A DNA stretch of 64,000 bases, taken from positions 2,496,001-2,560,000 of the forward strand of contig OY762654.1 in NCBI GenBank assembly GCA_963666205.1. Direction: 5' to 3'. Positions within the stretch are counted from its first letter, which is position 1; each line of letters begins with the position of its first letter. Of the stretch, positions 36,854 to 46,832 are shown one piece after another. The stretch comes from Synergistales bacterium (GTDB taxonomy: Bacteria > Synergistota > Synergistia > Synergistales > JAFGMB01). The notes beneath the pieces are model-generated. The model did not search any database. It was not told the origin of the DNA and saw only the letters and a program-made list of their open reading frames with translations. The translations under genes were made by a program, and so were the position numbers.

Positions 36854-36879
36854 ACATTATGTGCTCATACTGTTAAAAT
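36851..36879 (+). promoter_or_regulatory. Promoter of the sigma-factor/envelope cluster
   Basis: TAGACA, N17, TAAAAT, with an extended-10 TG. Confidence 0.6.
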
Positions 36880-36924
36880 AGTTGAGGTTTTTGGTCATCA
36901 TCGATCCTTTTATGGAGGGTTGTC

Positions 36925-37518
36925 ATGCATAATCCGTCCGATAAACAAGATACCAGCGCCAATCTGTCCCTCGAAGAAGAAACCTCCCTGTGGCTCAGGG
37001 CCAGTGAAGGAGATGAAAAGGCAAGAGAGGAATTAATACTTGCTTATCGCCCGCTGGTTTTCTGGATGGCAAAAAAATTCACTGTATCCAACTCTATTTT
37101 CCCTGACCTTATTCAGGAAGGCATGATTGCCCTTATCAGGGCTGTTGACAAGTTTGACCCCGCCAGAAAATCCCGCTTTACCACTTATTCTTTTTACAGG
37201 ATCAAGGGACAGATGGTCAATTTTATTCAGAGAAAGGAATCACGAGCTCCATGTCCTGTTGATGAATCTCTAATGGATTTGAGAGATCCCTTTTCTCCAG
37301 ATAAGATCGATGATCTCATTTCTATAAGTCAAGGCCTGAAAGTATTACCGGAAAGGGAAGCCGAAGTGATTTCTTCAATGGTTATACAGGGCAGGGAGGC
37401 GAAAGAGATCGCTTTCAATAAAGGGATGGATTTGAGCCATGTTTATAGATTAAAAAGAAAGGGTATTTTCCGACTGAGAAATTGGTTGGGACTTGAAGAT
37501 GCCAAAAAAGAAACCTAA
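36925..37518 (+). CDS. Alternative sigma-70 family factor (regions 2 and 4 only)
   Basis: DLIQEGMIALIRAVDKFDP..FTTYSFYRIKG; LPEREAEVI...EIA...HVYRLKRKG. Confidence 0.88.
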   Translation: MHNPSDKQDTSANLSLEEETSLWLRASEGDEKAREELILAYRPLVFWMAKKFTVSNSIFPDLIQEGMIALIRAVDKFDPARKSRFTTYSFYRIKGQMVNFIQRKESRAPCPVDESLMDLRDPFSPDKIDDLISISQGLKVLPEREAEVISSMVIQGREAKEIAFNKGMDLSHVYRLKRKGIFRLRNWLGLEDAKKET

Positions 37519-37564
37519 ATGGTGATAAAGATGAGGTAGTACCAGGCTTTTTGTTTTTTGGGGA

Positions 37565-38215
37565 GTGATCTTGATGGATAAACAGATCAGAAAGGTCCAA
37601 AAATGGCTTGAAAGATGCCTCATTGCTTGTAGATCAGGTTCCTGGGAGAATGCTCTTGCCGAAATGGAATGTGCTAATGCAGAGATGGAAATGGCTCGTA
37701 AGGAGCTGTGGTCAATTGTTGAAAATCAGGAAAAGAATGACAGAGCCAGGTTTTGCAACCTTCTCGCCAATGCAACCAGAGCCGGAGTACTTGCTCTCCT
37801 GATAATCTTTGCTTCTGCCATGCCATTATCCAGACTTAACATGAGCAGTGTTTTACCGGAAATTGGCCGTGATAACCATATTGTCGAGTTCATAAACGAT
37901 GAAGAGGAAGTGCTCCTCCAAGCATTGAGAAATAGTTTAAGTGAAAATGGATTCAGGGAATCAACCTTTACTGATCAGGGTCAGTCGACTATCATTAGAC
38001 AGGCTGACATGGACCCTGGTTCAGAGAAAGAAAAAGGGAACGCTCTTTCTCCTTCTGGAGCCGTAACCTCACCCGCCGTTACTGCCAACAATGGCGAGAC
38101 AGTAAAACCTCCTGAGCAATCACTGACTCTGGAAAGTCTTATCGCTCTTGTTCAGATAGGTGAGGAAGCTCTCAGAGAATCAGAGCCTGCAATAAAGATT
38201 CAAAGACAGAGATAA
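37565..38215 (+). CDS. Hypothetical single-pass membrane protein
   Basis: About 70-aa N-terminal helical domain, TM segment AGVLALLIIFASAM, low-complexity C-terminal part. Confidence 0.7.
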   Translation: MILMDKQIRKVQKWLERCLIACRSGSWENALAEMECANAEMEMARKELWSIVENQEKNDRARFCNLLANATRAGVLALLIIFASAMPLSRLNMSSVLPEIGRDNHIVEFINDEEEVLLQALRNSLSENGFRESTFTDQGQSTIIRQADMDPGSEKEKGNALSPSGAVTSPAVTANNGETVKPPEQSLTLESLIALVQIGEEALRESEPAIKIQRQR

Positions 38216-38242
38216 CCCTTTGCGGGGAAGGAGAGGAATTTT

Positions 38243-39991
38243 TTGAAACGAAGTATCTTATTTCTTGGAGTTATTATATGTTTTATGGCCTTTACACAGG
38301 CTTTTGCAGCGGAACCTGTCGTTTCTGCGGTCAATGTAGAGGGTAATGAAAAAGTGGTATCCGAACATATTCTTGCAGTCGTTAATACAAAGATCGGGGA
38401 GTTCCTGGAGCAGGAGCAGATAAAGACAGATGTTGAGGCCATATATGATCTTGGTTTCTTCTCCTTCGTTGATGTAAAGTTTGCCCCTCTGGCTGGAGGA
38501 GTGGAAGTTGTCTTTCAGGTCAAGGAAAATCCGGTAGTGGAAGAAATAAGATTTGAGGGCAATACTGTTTATTCTGATGAAGAACTTATGGAACTGGTAT
38601 TTACTACCCCGGGTTCTATCTTCAACAGAGTGTTTTTCCGCCACGATCTCCAGCGGATCAAGGAAAAGTACGATAAGGACGGTTATGTTCTTACCAAGAT
38701 AGCAGATGTTGGTATCGAAGGCGGTATTATCAATGTTACGTTAATAGAACCAACAATAGGCGAAATAATCATACAGGGTAATACCAAGACCAAGACCAGG
38801 GTAATTGAACGTTATATTACCTTGAAAAAGGGAGATCTCTTTAATAGCACTCTTTTACGCCATTCTATAAACAAGATCAATGCTCTCGGATTTTTTGAGG
38901 ATGTCAGCGTGGGATTTGAAGCTTCTGAAGATCCAGATGCAACCAATATTATTGTCACAGTACAGGAAGCCAAGACTGGAAATATAGGCTTTACCATCGG
39001 GCACGGTAGCAGCAGTGGCTGGAGCGGTGGAGTAAGTTATGGCGATTCGAACTGGAAAGGTCTTGCCCAGAAGTTCGAAGTTGGTTTTGAACTTGGTGAC
39101 GATGAACAGTATTGGGCTTCATATTCCCAACCCTACATGGATAGTGATATCTATTCCTGGAAAGTTGGAGTCTATATGAGGGATTGGAGTGAAAGAGAAT
39201 ACTGGGATGATGGTGTCGAACAGTTTGATTACGATGAGGATAAAACCGGAGGCTATGTGGGTTTCGGCAAAAAATTCCCCAATGATGATAAATTAAGCTG
39301 GTTCCTTACCCTCGACTGGAGAGATACGGAAATTTCAAACATTGTCTCTGTTGATGCAACAGAAGAAGAGATAGAAAATATCCTGAGGGAAGAATTCATT
39401 GACGGAACTGTTTTTTCTACCCTGTTGACAGTGACGAATAATAATATCAATCCATACTTATCCTATAAGCACGGCGATGTTGAAGATCTGAATATTGAAA
39501 AGGCATGGGAAGTACTTGGTGGGGAGTATGATTTTACCAAGTACTGGTTTACAGTGAGATATTATATGCCTGTTTTCGGTCTGGGGGATATTATTGATGC
39601 CCAGATAGGTGATGAAGATAATCCAGCTATTATTGCCGCAAGATTGAGGGCCGGTTTTTCTTCAGGAGAAGTCCCCTTTGCCGAGCAGTATGAAGTGGGA
39701 GGTTCCAGAACTCTGAGAGGATACGAAGATGATGAGTTTGAAGGAGATGAGATGCTCCTTGGAAATCTTGAATTCCGTGTTCCCATAGATAAGAACTTTG
39801 GTGTGGTATTCTTTTACGATATAGGTAATGCATGGGATAACAACCTGGGTGAAAGTTTCAGTTTCTCAGACCTTTATGATTCCTATGGTTTTGGTATAAG
39901 GGTCAAAACACCTCTGGGGAATCTCAGGGTCGACTACGGTGAAGGAGAATTTGAATCCAAAACTCACTTCGGTTTTGGAGACATGTTCTAG
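38243..39991 (+). CDS. bamA: Omp85/BamA outer-membrane assembly factor (about 3 POTRA domains)
   Basis: Signal peptide, POTRA motifs (VEGN, LGFFS, FEGN, IQGN, LGFFEDV), loop-6 LRGY, C-terminal F. Confidence 0.9.
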   Translation: MKRSILFLGVIICFMAFTQAFAAEPVVSAVNVEGNEKVVSEHILAVVNTKIGEFLEQEQIKTDVEAIYDLGFFSFVDVKFAPLAGGVEVVFQVKENPVVEEIRFEGNTVYSDEELMELVFTTPGSIFNRVFFRHDLQRIKEKYDKDGYVLTKIADVGIEGGIINVTLIEPTIGEIIIQGNTKTKTRVIERYITLKKGDLFNSTLLRHSINKINALGFFEDVSVGFEASEDPDATNIIVTVQEAKTGNIGFTIGHGSSSGWSGGVSYGDSNWKGLAQKFEVGFELGDDEQYWASYSQPYMDSDIYSWKVGVYMRDWSEREYWDDGVEQFDYDEDKTGGYVGFGKKFPNDDKLSWFLTLDWRDTEISNIVSVDATEEEIENILREEFIDGTVFSTLLTVTNNNINPYLSYKHGDVEDLNIEKAWEVLGGEYDFTKYWFTVRYYMPVFGLGDIIDAQIGDEDNPAIIAARLRAGFSSGEVPFAEQYEVGGSRTLRGYEDDEFEGDEMLLGNLEFRVPIDKNFGVVFFYDIGNAWDNNLGESFSFSDLYDSYGFGIRVKTPLGNLRVDYGEGEFESKTHFGFGDMF

Positions 39992-40007
39992 TAAAAAGGA
40001 GATATAT

Positions 40008-41246
40008 ATGGGAATTAGACCTTGGGCTGCAGCGCTTTTTGTCGCTGTGGCCCTTGTTTCTGTTTCAGTTTCCACCACATATGCTTCTGTGACTGCAACT
40101 GGGTTCCCTCAATGGCTTAAACCCGTTGCAGAAAAGACCCTCAATGCCGTCTGGTCGGAAATCCAGGTTTCTGATTCAGGCCTTGACAAGGTGGAGACTC
40201 TTCGGATTGTAGCCCCCAAACTGTTAAGGGGTTATGGAATATCTTCCATTGACAAAAAGGGTCAGGAGGTCTTTGTATCTTTCAGAAGCCTGGAAACAGT
40301 TGAATGGGATGTGAAAATATCTTTTCCAAAACTGACTGAACAAGGCCTGAAGTGGTTTTACGATGATGTGAATGGCATAGAACGGGAACTTTTATCTTTT
40401 GTCAAAGAGATTCCGCTGGATGGCCTTGGTTGGGCAGATCACTCACTAAGAGAGGTTATCCTCCTTACTGTAAACAGAAGATTAGCTGGTTGGGATCCTG
40501 ATATACTGATAAAACTTGATGGATCAAAGGCAACTTTACAAATTGGATTTACACCTCGTCCCCCCCTTATACTTGCTCTTGATCCGGTAATCGATTCCGG
40601 TTCTATTCCAATAATTCTTCAGAACAGACTGAAAGAGAGCATCCTTACCGGTCAATCAGGCCTTATAGGGCTTCCTGTAGCCTGGTCTGAGCAGCATAAA
40701 GCAGAAATAGAAGAAGAGATCCAGGCCTTTCTTCTCCAACGTAATACTGTAGAAAGAGCCAGGGCAAGGGTCAATGTTGATTTTTCTCCAGAGCAGATCT
40801 CTAAACTTAATGCAAGTGTTGAAAGTTCAAAATATAGTCTTTATGCCTGGTTTGCGGCTTATGTTGGTACTGATGAAAAATATGGAGAACTGGGGATACA
40901 TCTTGGAAGACGTGCCCGGATCTTTCCTGACTGGAATGTCGAGCTTTATGGAGAATTTCTTACAGAACTGAATGATCTGGATATAGAAACAAGATGGGGC
41001 CTTATCTGGTCTCCATTCGATCGAATATGGGTGGGAGCTGAATATTCAACTTTAGATGATGATATATGGTGGAGGTTTGTCTACCAGGGGGGATATAACA
41101 AGCCCTATTTTACCTGGCGATATAGCGACAGGTCCAACCATGACTGGGGACTTGGCTGGAAGGTCAACCAGTATTTTTCCCTTGAGCTCCATTATGATGA
41201 CAGGGACGATGACTCTTTGAGTCTTAAGGTGATTAACAATCTTTAG
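40008..41246 (+). CDS. Uncharacterised exported protein with an aromatic beta-rich C-terminus
   Basis: AAGGAG RBS, signal peptide, and last ~140 aa of alternating amphipathic strands. Confidence 0.75.
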   Translation: MGIRPWAAALFVAVALVSVSVSTTYASVTATGFPQWLKPVAEKTLNAVWSEIQVSDSGLDKVETLRIVAPKLLRGYGISSIDKKGQEVFVSFRSLETVEWDVKISFPKLTEQGLKWFYDDVNGIERELLSFVKEIPLDGLGWADHSLREVILLTVNRRLAGWDPDILIKLDGSKATLQIGFTPRPPLILALDPVIDSGSIPIILQNRLKESILTGQSGLIGLPVAWSEQHKAEIEEEIQAFLLQRNTVERARARVNVDFSPEQISKLNASVESSKYSLYAWFAAYVGTDEKYGELGIHLGRRARIFPDWNVELYGEFLTELNDLDIETRWGLIWSPFDRIWVGAEYSTLDDDIWWRFVYQGGYNKPYFTWRYSDRSNHDWGLGWKVNQYFSLELHYDDRDDDSLSLKVINNL

Positions 41247-41250
41247 GGGG

Positions 41251-42303
41251 GTGTGTCCCATTCGCTCTTTCTGTGAAATAACAACATTGGGGAAACTGGC
41301 TGCCAGAGTCGGAGGAAAGGTCCATGGCCCCGAAGATGAAATTGTATCAGGAATCAGTATACCCTCAGAGTCAGGGAAAGATGTTATCTGTGTAATCTGG
41401 TCCCAGAAGGAACTTGGTAAAGTAGCTGATGAATCTCTTATAGTTGCTCCTGAGGGGTTCTTTTCTCCATCCAGAAAAGGTATAGAAATAAAAGATCCAA
41501 GGGCTGCCCTGGCGGAGTTGCTGTCAATGGTAATACATAGTCCGGTTTCAGCTTTCGGAATACATCCCTCCGCGGTGGTTTCTGAAAGCGCAAAGGTGGA
41601 CCCTTCTGTTTTGATAGGTCCCAATTGTATTGTTGCCGAAAACGCTGTTATAGCTTCCGGTGCTGTCCTGGAAGGGAATGTATATATAGGCAGGGACGTC
41701 CATGTGGGAGCGGATTCTTTTATCGAGCCGGGAGCGGTTATATATCATGAAACTTTTATTGGGAAAAAGGCAGTAATTCATGCCAATAGTGTCATAGGTG
41801 TTGACGGGTTTGGTTTTATTCCATCATCTGATGGCGCGGAGCCGATAAAGATACCGCAGGTCGGAAGGGTCATCATAGGTGATAATGTAGAGATCGGTGC
41901 ATGTTGTACAGTGGACAGAGGAACTCTGGGTGACACTGTTATCCGTGATGGGGTTAAAACAGATGATCATGTTCATATTGGCCATAATACTGATATCGGC
42001 AGGGGTTGCCTCCTGGTTGCCCAGACAGGGATCGCTGGAAGTTCTGTTCTTGAAGACAGCGTGATTATGGCAGCTCGAAGTGGCACAGCGGATCACGTAA
42101 GGGTTGGGAAAGGAGCCCAGGTAGCCGCTATGGGAGGAGCCATAAAGGATGTTCCCCCTGGTGCCGTGGTTTCCGGTTTTCCTGCCCGTGATCACAGAAA
42201 GAACTATAGAACTCTGGCCATGATCCAGAAACTTCCAGAGCTTTTCCAGAAAGTGAAGACCCTGGAAAAGATCCTTTCCAGTCTGGATAAGGGAGATAAA
42301 TAA
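41251..42303 (+). CDS. lpxD: UDP-3-O-acylglucosamine N-acyltransferase
   Basis: Hexapeptide repeats, GVDGFGF, KIPQVG, VDRGTLGDT, HIGHN. Confidence 0.95.
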   Translation: MCPIRSFCEITTLGKLAARVGGKVHGPEDEIVSGISIPSESGKDVICVIWSQKELGKVADESLIVAPEGFFSPSRKGIEIKDPRAALAELLSMVIHSPVSAFGIHPSAVVSESAKVDPSVLIGPNCIVAENAVIASGAVLEGNVYIGRDVHVGADSFIEPGAVIYHETFIGKKAVIHANSVIGVDGFGFIPSSDGAEPIKIPQVGRVIIGDNVEIGACCTVDRGTLGDTVIRDGVKTDDHVHIGHNTDIGRGCLLVAQTGIAGSSVLEDSVIMAARSGTADHVRVGKGAQVAAMGGAIKDVPPGAVVSGFPARDHRKNYRTLAMIQKLPELFQKVKTLEKILSSLDKGDK

Positions 42304-42307
42304 TATA

Positions 42308-43147
42308 TTGAGATATCGAAAAACTTTAAAAGAAGCGGTCTCTTTCGAAGGAACAGGTCTTCATACAGGCGAAAGATCCCGGATAATCCTTAAGCCGAGC
42401 AGTGGAAATGGTTATTCATTCAATTTTATGAAATCCACGTTTTCCCTTGCAGATGCATCTTTCAGCGGTGATGGCCGGGGTACGGTACTGCATTTTCCAG
42501 GAGGAATAAGACTTGGAACAGTGGAGCACCTTCTTGCTGCTCTGAGGGGGTGCGGAGTCGATGATGTGGAGATCTGTGTTGAAAAGGGAATCGAGGTCCC
42601 TTCCCTTGATGGAAGCGCAAGATCTTATGCTGATCTCCTCAACAGGACTGGTTTTCTTGAAAAAAAAGAATACGTAAAGCCTTTAACCATTGCTTTTCCT
42701 GTGGGGGTGGATCTGGAAGAACAGGGAAGCTCTATCTTTGCCTTTCCTTCTTCATCTTTCAGGATAACCTATGTTATCGACTATGAAAACAGGATGATCG
42801 GAACCCAGATGAAAAGTCTGGAAGTTTCTCCAGAGACTTTCCTGAATGAGATCGCATCTGCACGGACCTTTGCCCTGGAGGAAGATATGGATAGTCTGAG
42901 ACAAATGGGTCTTGCCAGGGGAGGCGATCTTTCCAATGCTATCCTTGTGAAGGAAGAGGAAGTCCTGACAGAGGGAGGACTCAGGTTCAAAGATGAGTTT
43001 GTAAGACATAAAATCCTGGATCTTATCGGAGATCTTGCCATTCTTGATGGGCCACCATGTTTCCATGTAGTTTGTTTCAGGGGAGGACATTCACTGCACC
43101 TAAGGCTGGCCCGGAAACTTATCAGAAAAAAGGGAATAAACCTATAA
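42308..43147 (+). CDS. lpxC: UDP-3-O-acyl-GlcNAc deacetylase
   Basis: GTGLHTG, TVEHLLAA, LDGSA, EIASARTF, RHKILDLIGDL, GH. Confidence 0.96.
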   Translation: MRYRKTLKEAVSFEGTGLHTGERSRIILKPSSGNGYSFNFMKSTFSLADASFSGDGRGTVLHFPGGIRLGTVEHLLAALRGCGVDDVEICVEKGIEVPSLDGSARSYADLLNRTGFLEKKEYVKPLTIAFPVGVDLEEQGSSIFAFPSSSFRITYVIDYENRMIGTQMKSLEVSPETFLNEIASARTFALEEDMDSLRQMGLARGGDLSNAILVKEEEVLTEGGLRFKDEFVRHKILDLIGDLAILDGPPCFHVVCFRGGHSLHLRLARKLIRKKGINL

Positions 43148-43162
43148 AAGGAGTGACCTTAG

Positions 43163-43606
43163 ATGATACTGGATATACACAAGATCCTTGATTCTTTACC
43201 TCATAGATATCCCCTGCTGCTTGTGGACAGGATAATCGATTTTGAGAATGGACGGATCAAAGGATTGAAGAATGTAACAATAAATGAACCCTTCTTCCAG
43301 GGACATTTCCCGGGAGAACCTGTAATGCCGGGAGTTCTTATCCTTGAAGCTATGGGACAGGTAGCTGCAATGATGATAGTTGCGGATCCCGAGCTTCAAG
43401 GTATGGTTACATATCTCACTGGTATAGAAAAGGCAAGATTCCGAAGACCTGTAAGACCTGGTGACCAGCTTATAACAACGGCAGAAATAACAAAACGCAG
43501 AGGCCGGGTCGGGAAAGTTCATGCTTTTTCAACTGTTGATGGAGATCTGGCAGCTGAAGGTGACTACAGTTTCCTTGTGGCCAGAAGCCTGAACCTGGAG
43601 GAGTAG
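43163..43606 (+). CDS. fabZ: 3-hydroxyacyl-ACP dehydratase
   Basis: LPHRYPLLLVDRI, FFQGHFP..PVMPGVLILEAMGQ. Confidence 0.96.
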   Translation: MILDIHKILDSLPHRYPLLLVDRIIDFENGRIKGLKNVTINEPFFQGHFPGEPVMPGVLILEAMGQVAAMMIVADPELQGMVTYLTGIEKARFRRPVRPGDQLITTAEITKRRGRVGKVHAFSTVDGDLAAEGDYSFLVARSLNLEE

Positions 43607-43611
43607 AAGAT

Positions 43612-44424
43612 ATGACAGTGGAAATTCATCCGACCGCTTTAGTATCGTCCAAAGCAGAGATTGAAGATGGGGTGAGGATAGGACCTTACTGTGTTGTCTC
43701 GGATAAAGTAAGAATAGGAGCCGGCACAGAACTGAAAGCCTTTGTTTCTGTCCATGACTATGTCGAAATGGGACATGGCTGTAATGTCTATGAAAATACT
43801 GTTCTTGGAGGGGATCCTCAGGATAGGGATTTCAAGGGAGAAGAAACATGGGTCCTTATCGGAAACAATAATATTATAAGAGAAAATGTAACCATAAACC
43901 GTTCTACAGGAGAGGGTTCCTGTACCTCTGTAGGGAATGACTGTTTTCTCATGGAAGGAGTTCATCTCGCCCACAATGTCAAAATAGGCAATAACGTAAC
44001 CATTGCCAACAAAGCTGGTTTTGCGGGACATTCATCAGTTGGAGATAATGCTGTTATAGGCGGGATAGCCGGGGTTCATCAGTTTGTCAGGATAGGAAGG
44101 CTCTGCATGGTTGGCGGCCTCTCCAAAATAGTGAAGGATATACCTCCTTTTATGCTTGTAGATGGACACCCTGGCAGGATCTTCGGAATCAACAGGGTTG
44201 GCCTCAAAAGAGCCGGTTATGATGCTTCCCATCGATCGGCTGTCAAATCTTTATATAAATCACTCTACCATTCGGGACTTCCATTCAGAAAGGCTATTTC
44301 CGAAATAGAGGAAACAATGTCAGGTAATCCCTTTACGGATGAAATCCTTGATTTTCTCAGGGGTTCAAAAAGAGGCGTGGAATTCTGGCCCAAAGTTATT
44401 ATTAACTCATCAGGTAATGATTAA
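43612..44424 (+). CDS. lpxA: UDP-GlcNAc O-acyltransferase
   Basis: IHPTALV, GDPQD, IRENVTI, HLAHN, GVHQF, KDIPPF, INRVGLKR. Confidence 0.96.
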   Translation: MTVEIHPTALVSSKAEIEDGVRIGPYCVVSDKVRIGAGTELKAFVSVHDYVEMGHGCNVYENTVLGGDPQDRDFKGEETWVLIGNNNIIRENVTINRSTGEGSCTSVGNDCFLMEGVHLAHNVKIGNNVTIANKAGFAGHSSVGDNAVIGGIAGVHQFVRIGRLCMVGGLSKIVKDIPPFMLVDGHPGRIFGINRVGLKRAGYDASHRSAVKSLYKSLYHSGLPFRKAISEIEETMSGNPFTDEILDFLRGSKRGVEFWPKVIINSSGND

Positions 44425-44914
44425 ACTCCTTGTACTCGACGTAGATGGCACCCTCACTGACGGTGGAGTCTACATCGACGGTAGTGGCATCGAATTTAAA
44501 AGGTTCGACATTCAGGATGGAATGGGTATTGTCCTTCTGCAGAAGAGTTCTGTCCATGTAGCTATAATAAGCGGCCGTTACTCAAAGGCTACGCAACTGA
44601 GAGCAAAAGAACTTGGTATTTCTTTGCTCTATAACGGTGTTCTGAATAAACTGAGAGTTCTTCAAGATCTTGCGGAGGAATTGGATGTTTCAAGAGAGGA
44701 AATAGCCTTCGCAGGTGATGACGTAAATGATATAGACTGCATGGAATGGGCAGGTCTGGGCTTTGCTGTGGCAAATGCCAGGCCTGCTGTAAAAAAGACA
44801 GCGGACCATGTTACTTCCTCTCAGGGTGGTCATGGTGCTGTTCGTGAGATCTGCGAAAAAATACTTTATATGAACAGCCTAGCCTTTCAGGAGAATATCA
44901 ATGAGAATGTCTAA
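44417..44914 (+). CDS. kdsC: Kdo-8-phosphate phosphatase (HAD)
   Basis: LDVDGTLTDG, FDIQDG, GDDVND, GGHGAVRE. Start ATG 44417. Confidence 0.93.
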   Translation: MIKLLVLDVDGTLTDGGVYIDGSGIEFKRFDIQDGMGIVLLQKSSVHVAIISGRYSKATQLRAKELGISLLYNGVLNKLRVLQDLAEELDVSREEIAFAGDDVNDIDCMEWAGLGFAVANARPAVKKTADHVTSSQGGHGAVREICEKILYMNSLAFQENINENV

Positions 44915-46004
44915 AAGTATGATTCTGGACAGATACATAATAAAAGAACTTTCTGGATCATTCTTTTTTGGTGTTATGTCATTCACTGTTATCATGGTCG
45001 CTGGTGACCTGCTTTTTGATATCGCAGACCTGATAATCGAAAAGGGTGTATCATTCTGGGTCGTAGCCAGGCTTTTCACTTATAAACTGCCTTCAGTGAT
45101 AACGCTTACCCTGCCGATGGCATGTCTCCTTTCAACCTTGCTTAGTTTTGGGAGACTCTCGGCCAATAGTGAACTCATAGCCCTTAAAGCATCAGGAGTC
45201 GCCTTTCAGAGGATAATAAGACCTGTCATCATTTCCGCTTTTTTCATTGGCGCAGTTGCCCTTATATTCAATGAGACCGTCGTTCCAATGGCAAACAGGG
45301 CGGCCGATAACATTATGCGCTATGAAGTCGCAAAAGAAAGGCCATCCCTACTTAAGGAAAGGATCTTTCTACGCGAAGAAAGTGGAGGCCGCCTTAACCG
45401 TGTTATTTACATCAACATGCTTAAACCTCGCCTTGGAATAATGAGTGAGATCCTTATTCAGGAATTTGAAAAGGGACATTTGAGAAAGATAACCACTGCG
45501 GAAAAGGGCATTTGGAAAAATGGAGAATGGACTTTGGAGCAGGGAGAAGTGTTCGATGTCACATCTGATGGTAAGGTTAATATTCTCTACAAGTTCAAAA
45601 ATCAGAAGATATCACTGGAGCTTAATCCAGGTCAGGTGGCCAGCGCATCCCGTGATCCGGAAGATATGGGTCTCTTTGAGCTTTCTGCCCATATAAATCT
45701 TCTCAAGTCCCAGGGAGCGAATCTCCTGCCTTTAAAAGTGATGTATCATCTGAGATTAGCAATTCCATGGGCTACACTTGTTCTGGCCCTTGTCGGGGCG
45801 GCACTGGGTGTAAGGCCGCAACGGACAGGACCTGGTGTCGGTTTTGGGTTGAGCATCATTATTGTTTTTGCTTACTATGTTGTTATGTCCATCTGCCGGG
45901 CACTTGGTCAGGCAGGTGGCCTTCCTCCATTTCTGGCTGCCTGGCTTCCCAATATTATCTTTTTGTTTTTTGGGACTTTTCTTGCCCGAAGGGTAAATTA
46001 TTAA
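44901..46004 (+). CDS. LptF/LptG family LPS export permease
   Basis: ILDRYIIKE, LPMACLLSTL, SELIALKASG, AAWLPN. Confidence 0.9.
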   Translation: MRMSKSMILDRYIIKELSGSFFFGVMSFTVIMVAGDLLFDIADLIIEKGVSFWVVARLFTYKLPSVITLTLPMACLLSTLLSFGRLSANSELIALKASGVAFQRIIRPVIISAFFIGAVALIFNETVVPMANRAADNIMRYEVAKERPSLLKERIFLREESGGRLNRVIYINMLKPRLGIMSEILIQEFEKGHLRKITTAEKGIWKNGEWTLEQGEVFDVTSDGKVNILYKFKNQKISLELNPGQVASASRDPEDMGLFELSAHINLLKSQGANLLPLKVMYHLRLAIPWATLVLALVGAALGVRPQRTGPGVGFGLSIIIVFAYYVVMSICRALGQAGGLPPFLAAWLPNIIFLFFGTFLARRVNY

Positions 46005-46032
46005 AATATTATTATTTAAAAGGTAGGAAAAA

Positions 46033-46830
46033 ATGAAAGAAAAGATCGCTTTGATTGCCGGTGAGGGAAGCCTGCCCCTGGAAATATGCAGGAGTCTGAC
46101 ATCCAGGTCCTTTAATTGTGTCGTTTATTCCCTGAGAGCAGATAATTCGGAGTTCAAAACAATGGACATCGAAATACGTTCTTTGCAGAGTCTGGATTTT
46201 GCGGGAATTATAGGCGATATCAAGCACAGCGGTATTGTTTCTGTAATTCTTGCGGGGATGGTTCCCAAAAGCCTGATCTACAAACCTGAGGTACTGGATG
46301 ATCTTGGCAGGGAAATGCTCTCTAGACTTAAGATCAAAGATGACCACAGCTTATTGGGAATGATAATTGCTACCTTTGAGGATCTGGGCCTCCATGTTAT
46401 TCCATACAGGGATCTTATTCCGGACCTTTTGGCTAATCCAGGCAATATCGGTGGAAGAGTACCCACCCCTGCGGAGCAAGAAGATATCCATTATGGAGTC
46501 GAAATAATGAAGAAACTGCTTCCTCTTTCCTTTGGTCAGACCGTTGTTATTTCTGATGGATCGGTGGTTGCAGTCGAGGCCATGGAAGGGACAGATGAAA
46601 CCTTGAAAAGGGCAGAAACTCTTAGTCGGGGTGGGGTTGTGGTCAAGATGATGAAGCCTGGACAGGACGAAAGGTTTGATCTTCCAACGGTTGGGATAAC
46701 AACTCTTGAAAATATGAAAAGATCAGGGTTGACCTGTCTTGCTGTTGAGGCGGATAAAACAATCATCCTTGATAAGGAAAGCTTCTGTGAGCTTGCCTCG
46801 ATGTTCGATATTGCAGTAGTAGGTATTTAG
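46033..46830 (+). CDS. lpxI: UDP-2,3-diacylglucosamine hydrolase
   Basis: LIAGEGSLP, GQTVV, AVEAMEGTD, KPGQDERFDLPTVG. Confidence 0.93.
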   Translation: MKEKIALIAGEGSLPLEICRSLTSRSFNCVVYSLRADNSEFKTMDIEIRSLQSLDFAGIIGDIKHSGIVSVILAGMVPKSLIYKPEVLDDLGREMLSRLKIKDDHSLLGMIIATFEDLGLHVIPYRDLIPDLLANPGNIGGRVPTPAEQEDIHYGVEIMKKLLPLSFGQTVVISDGSVVAVEAMEGTDETLKRAETLSRGGVVVKMMKPGQDERFDLPTVGITTLENMKRSGLTCLAVEADKTIILDKESFCELASMFDIAVVGI

Positions 46831-46832
46831 AA

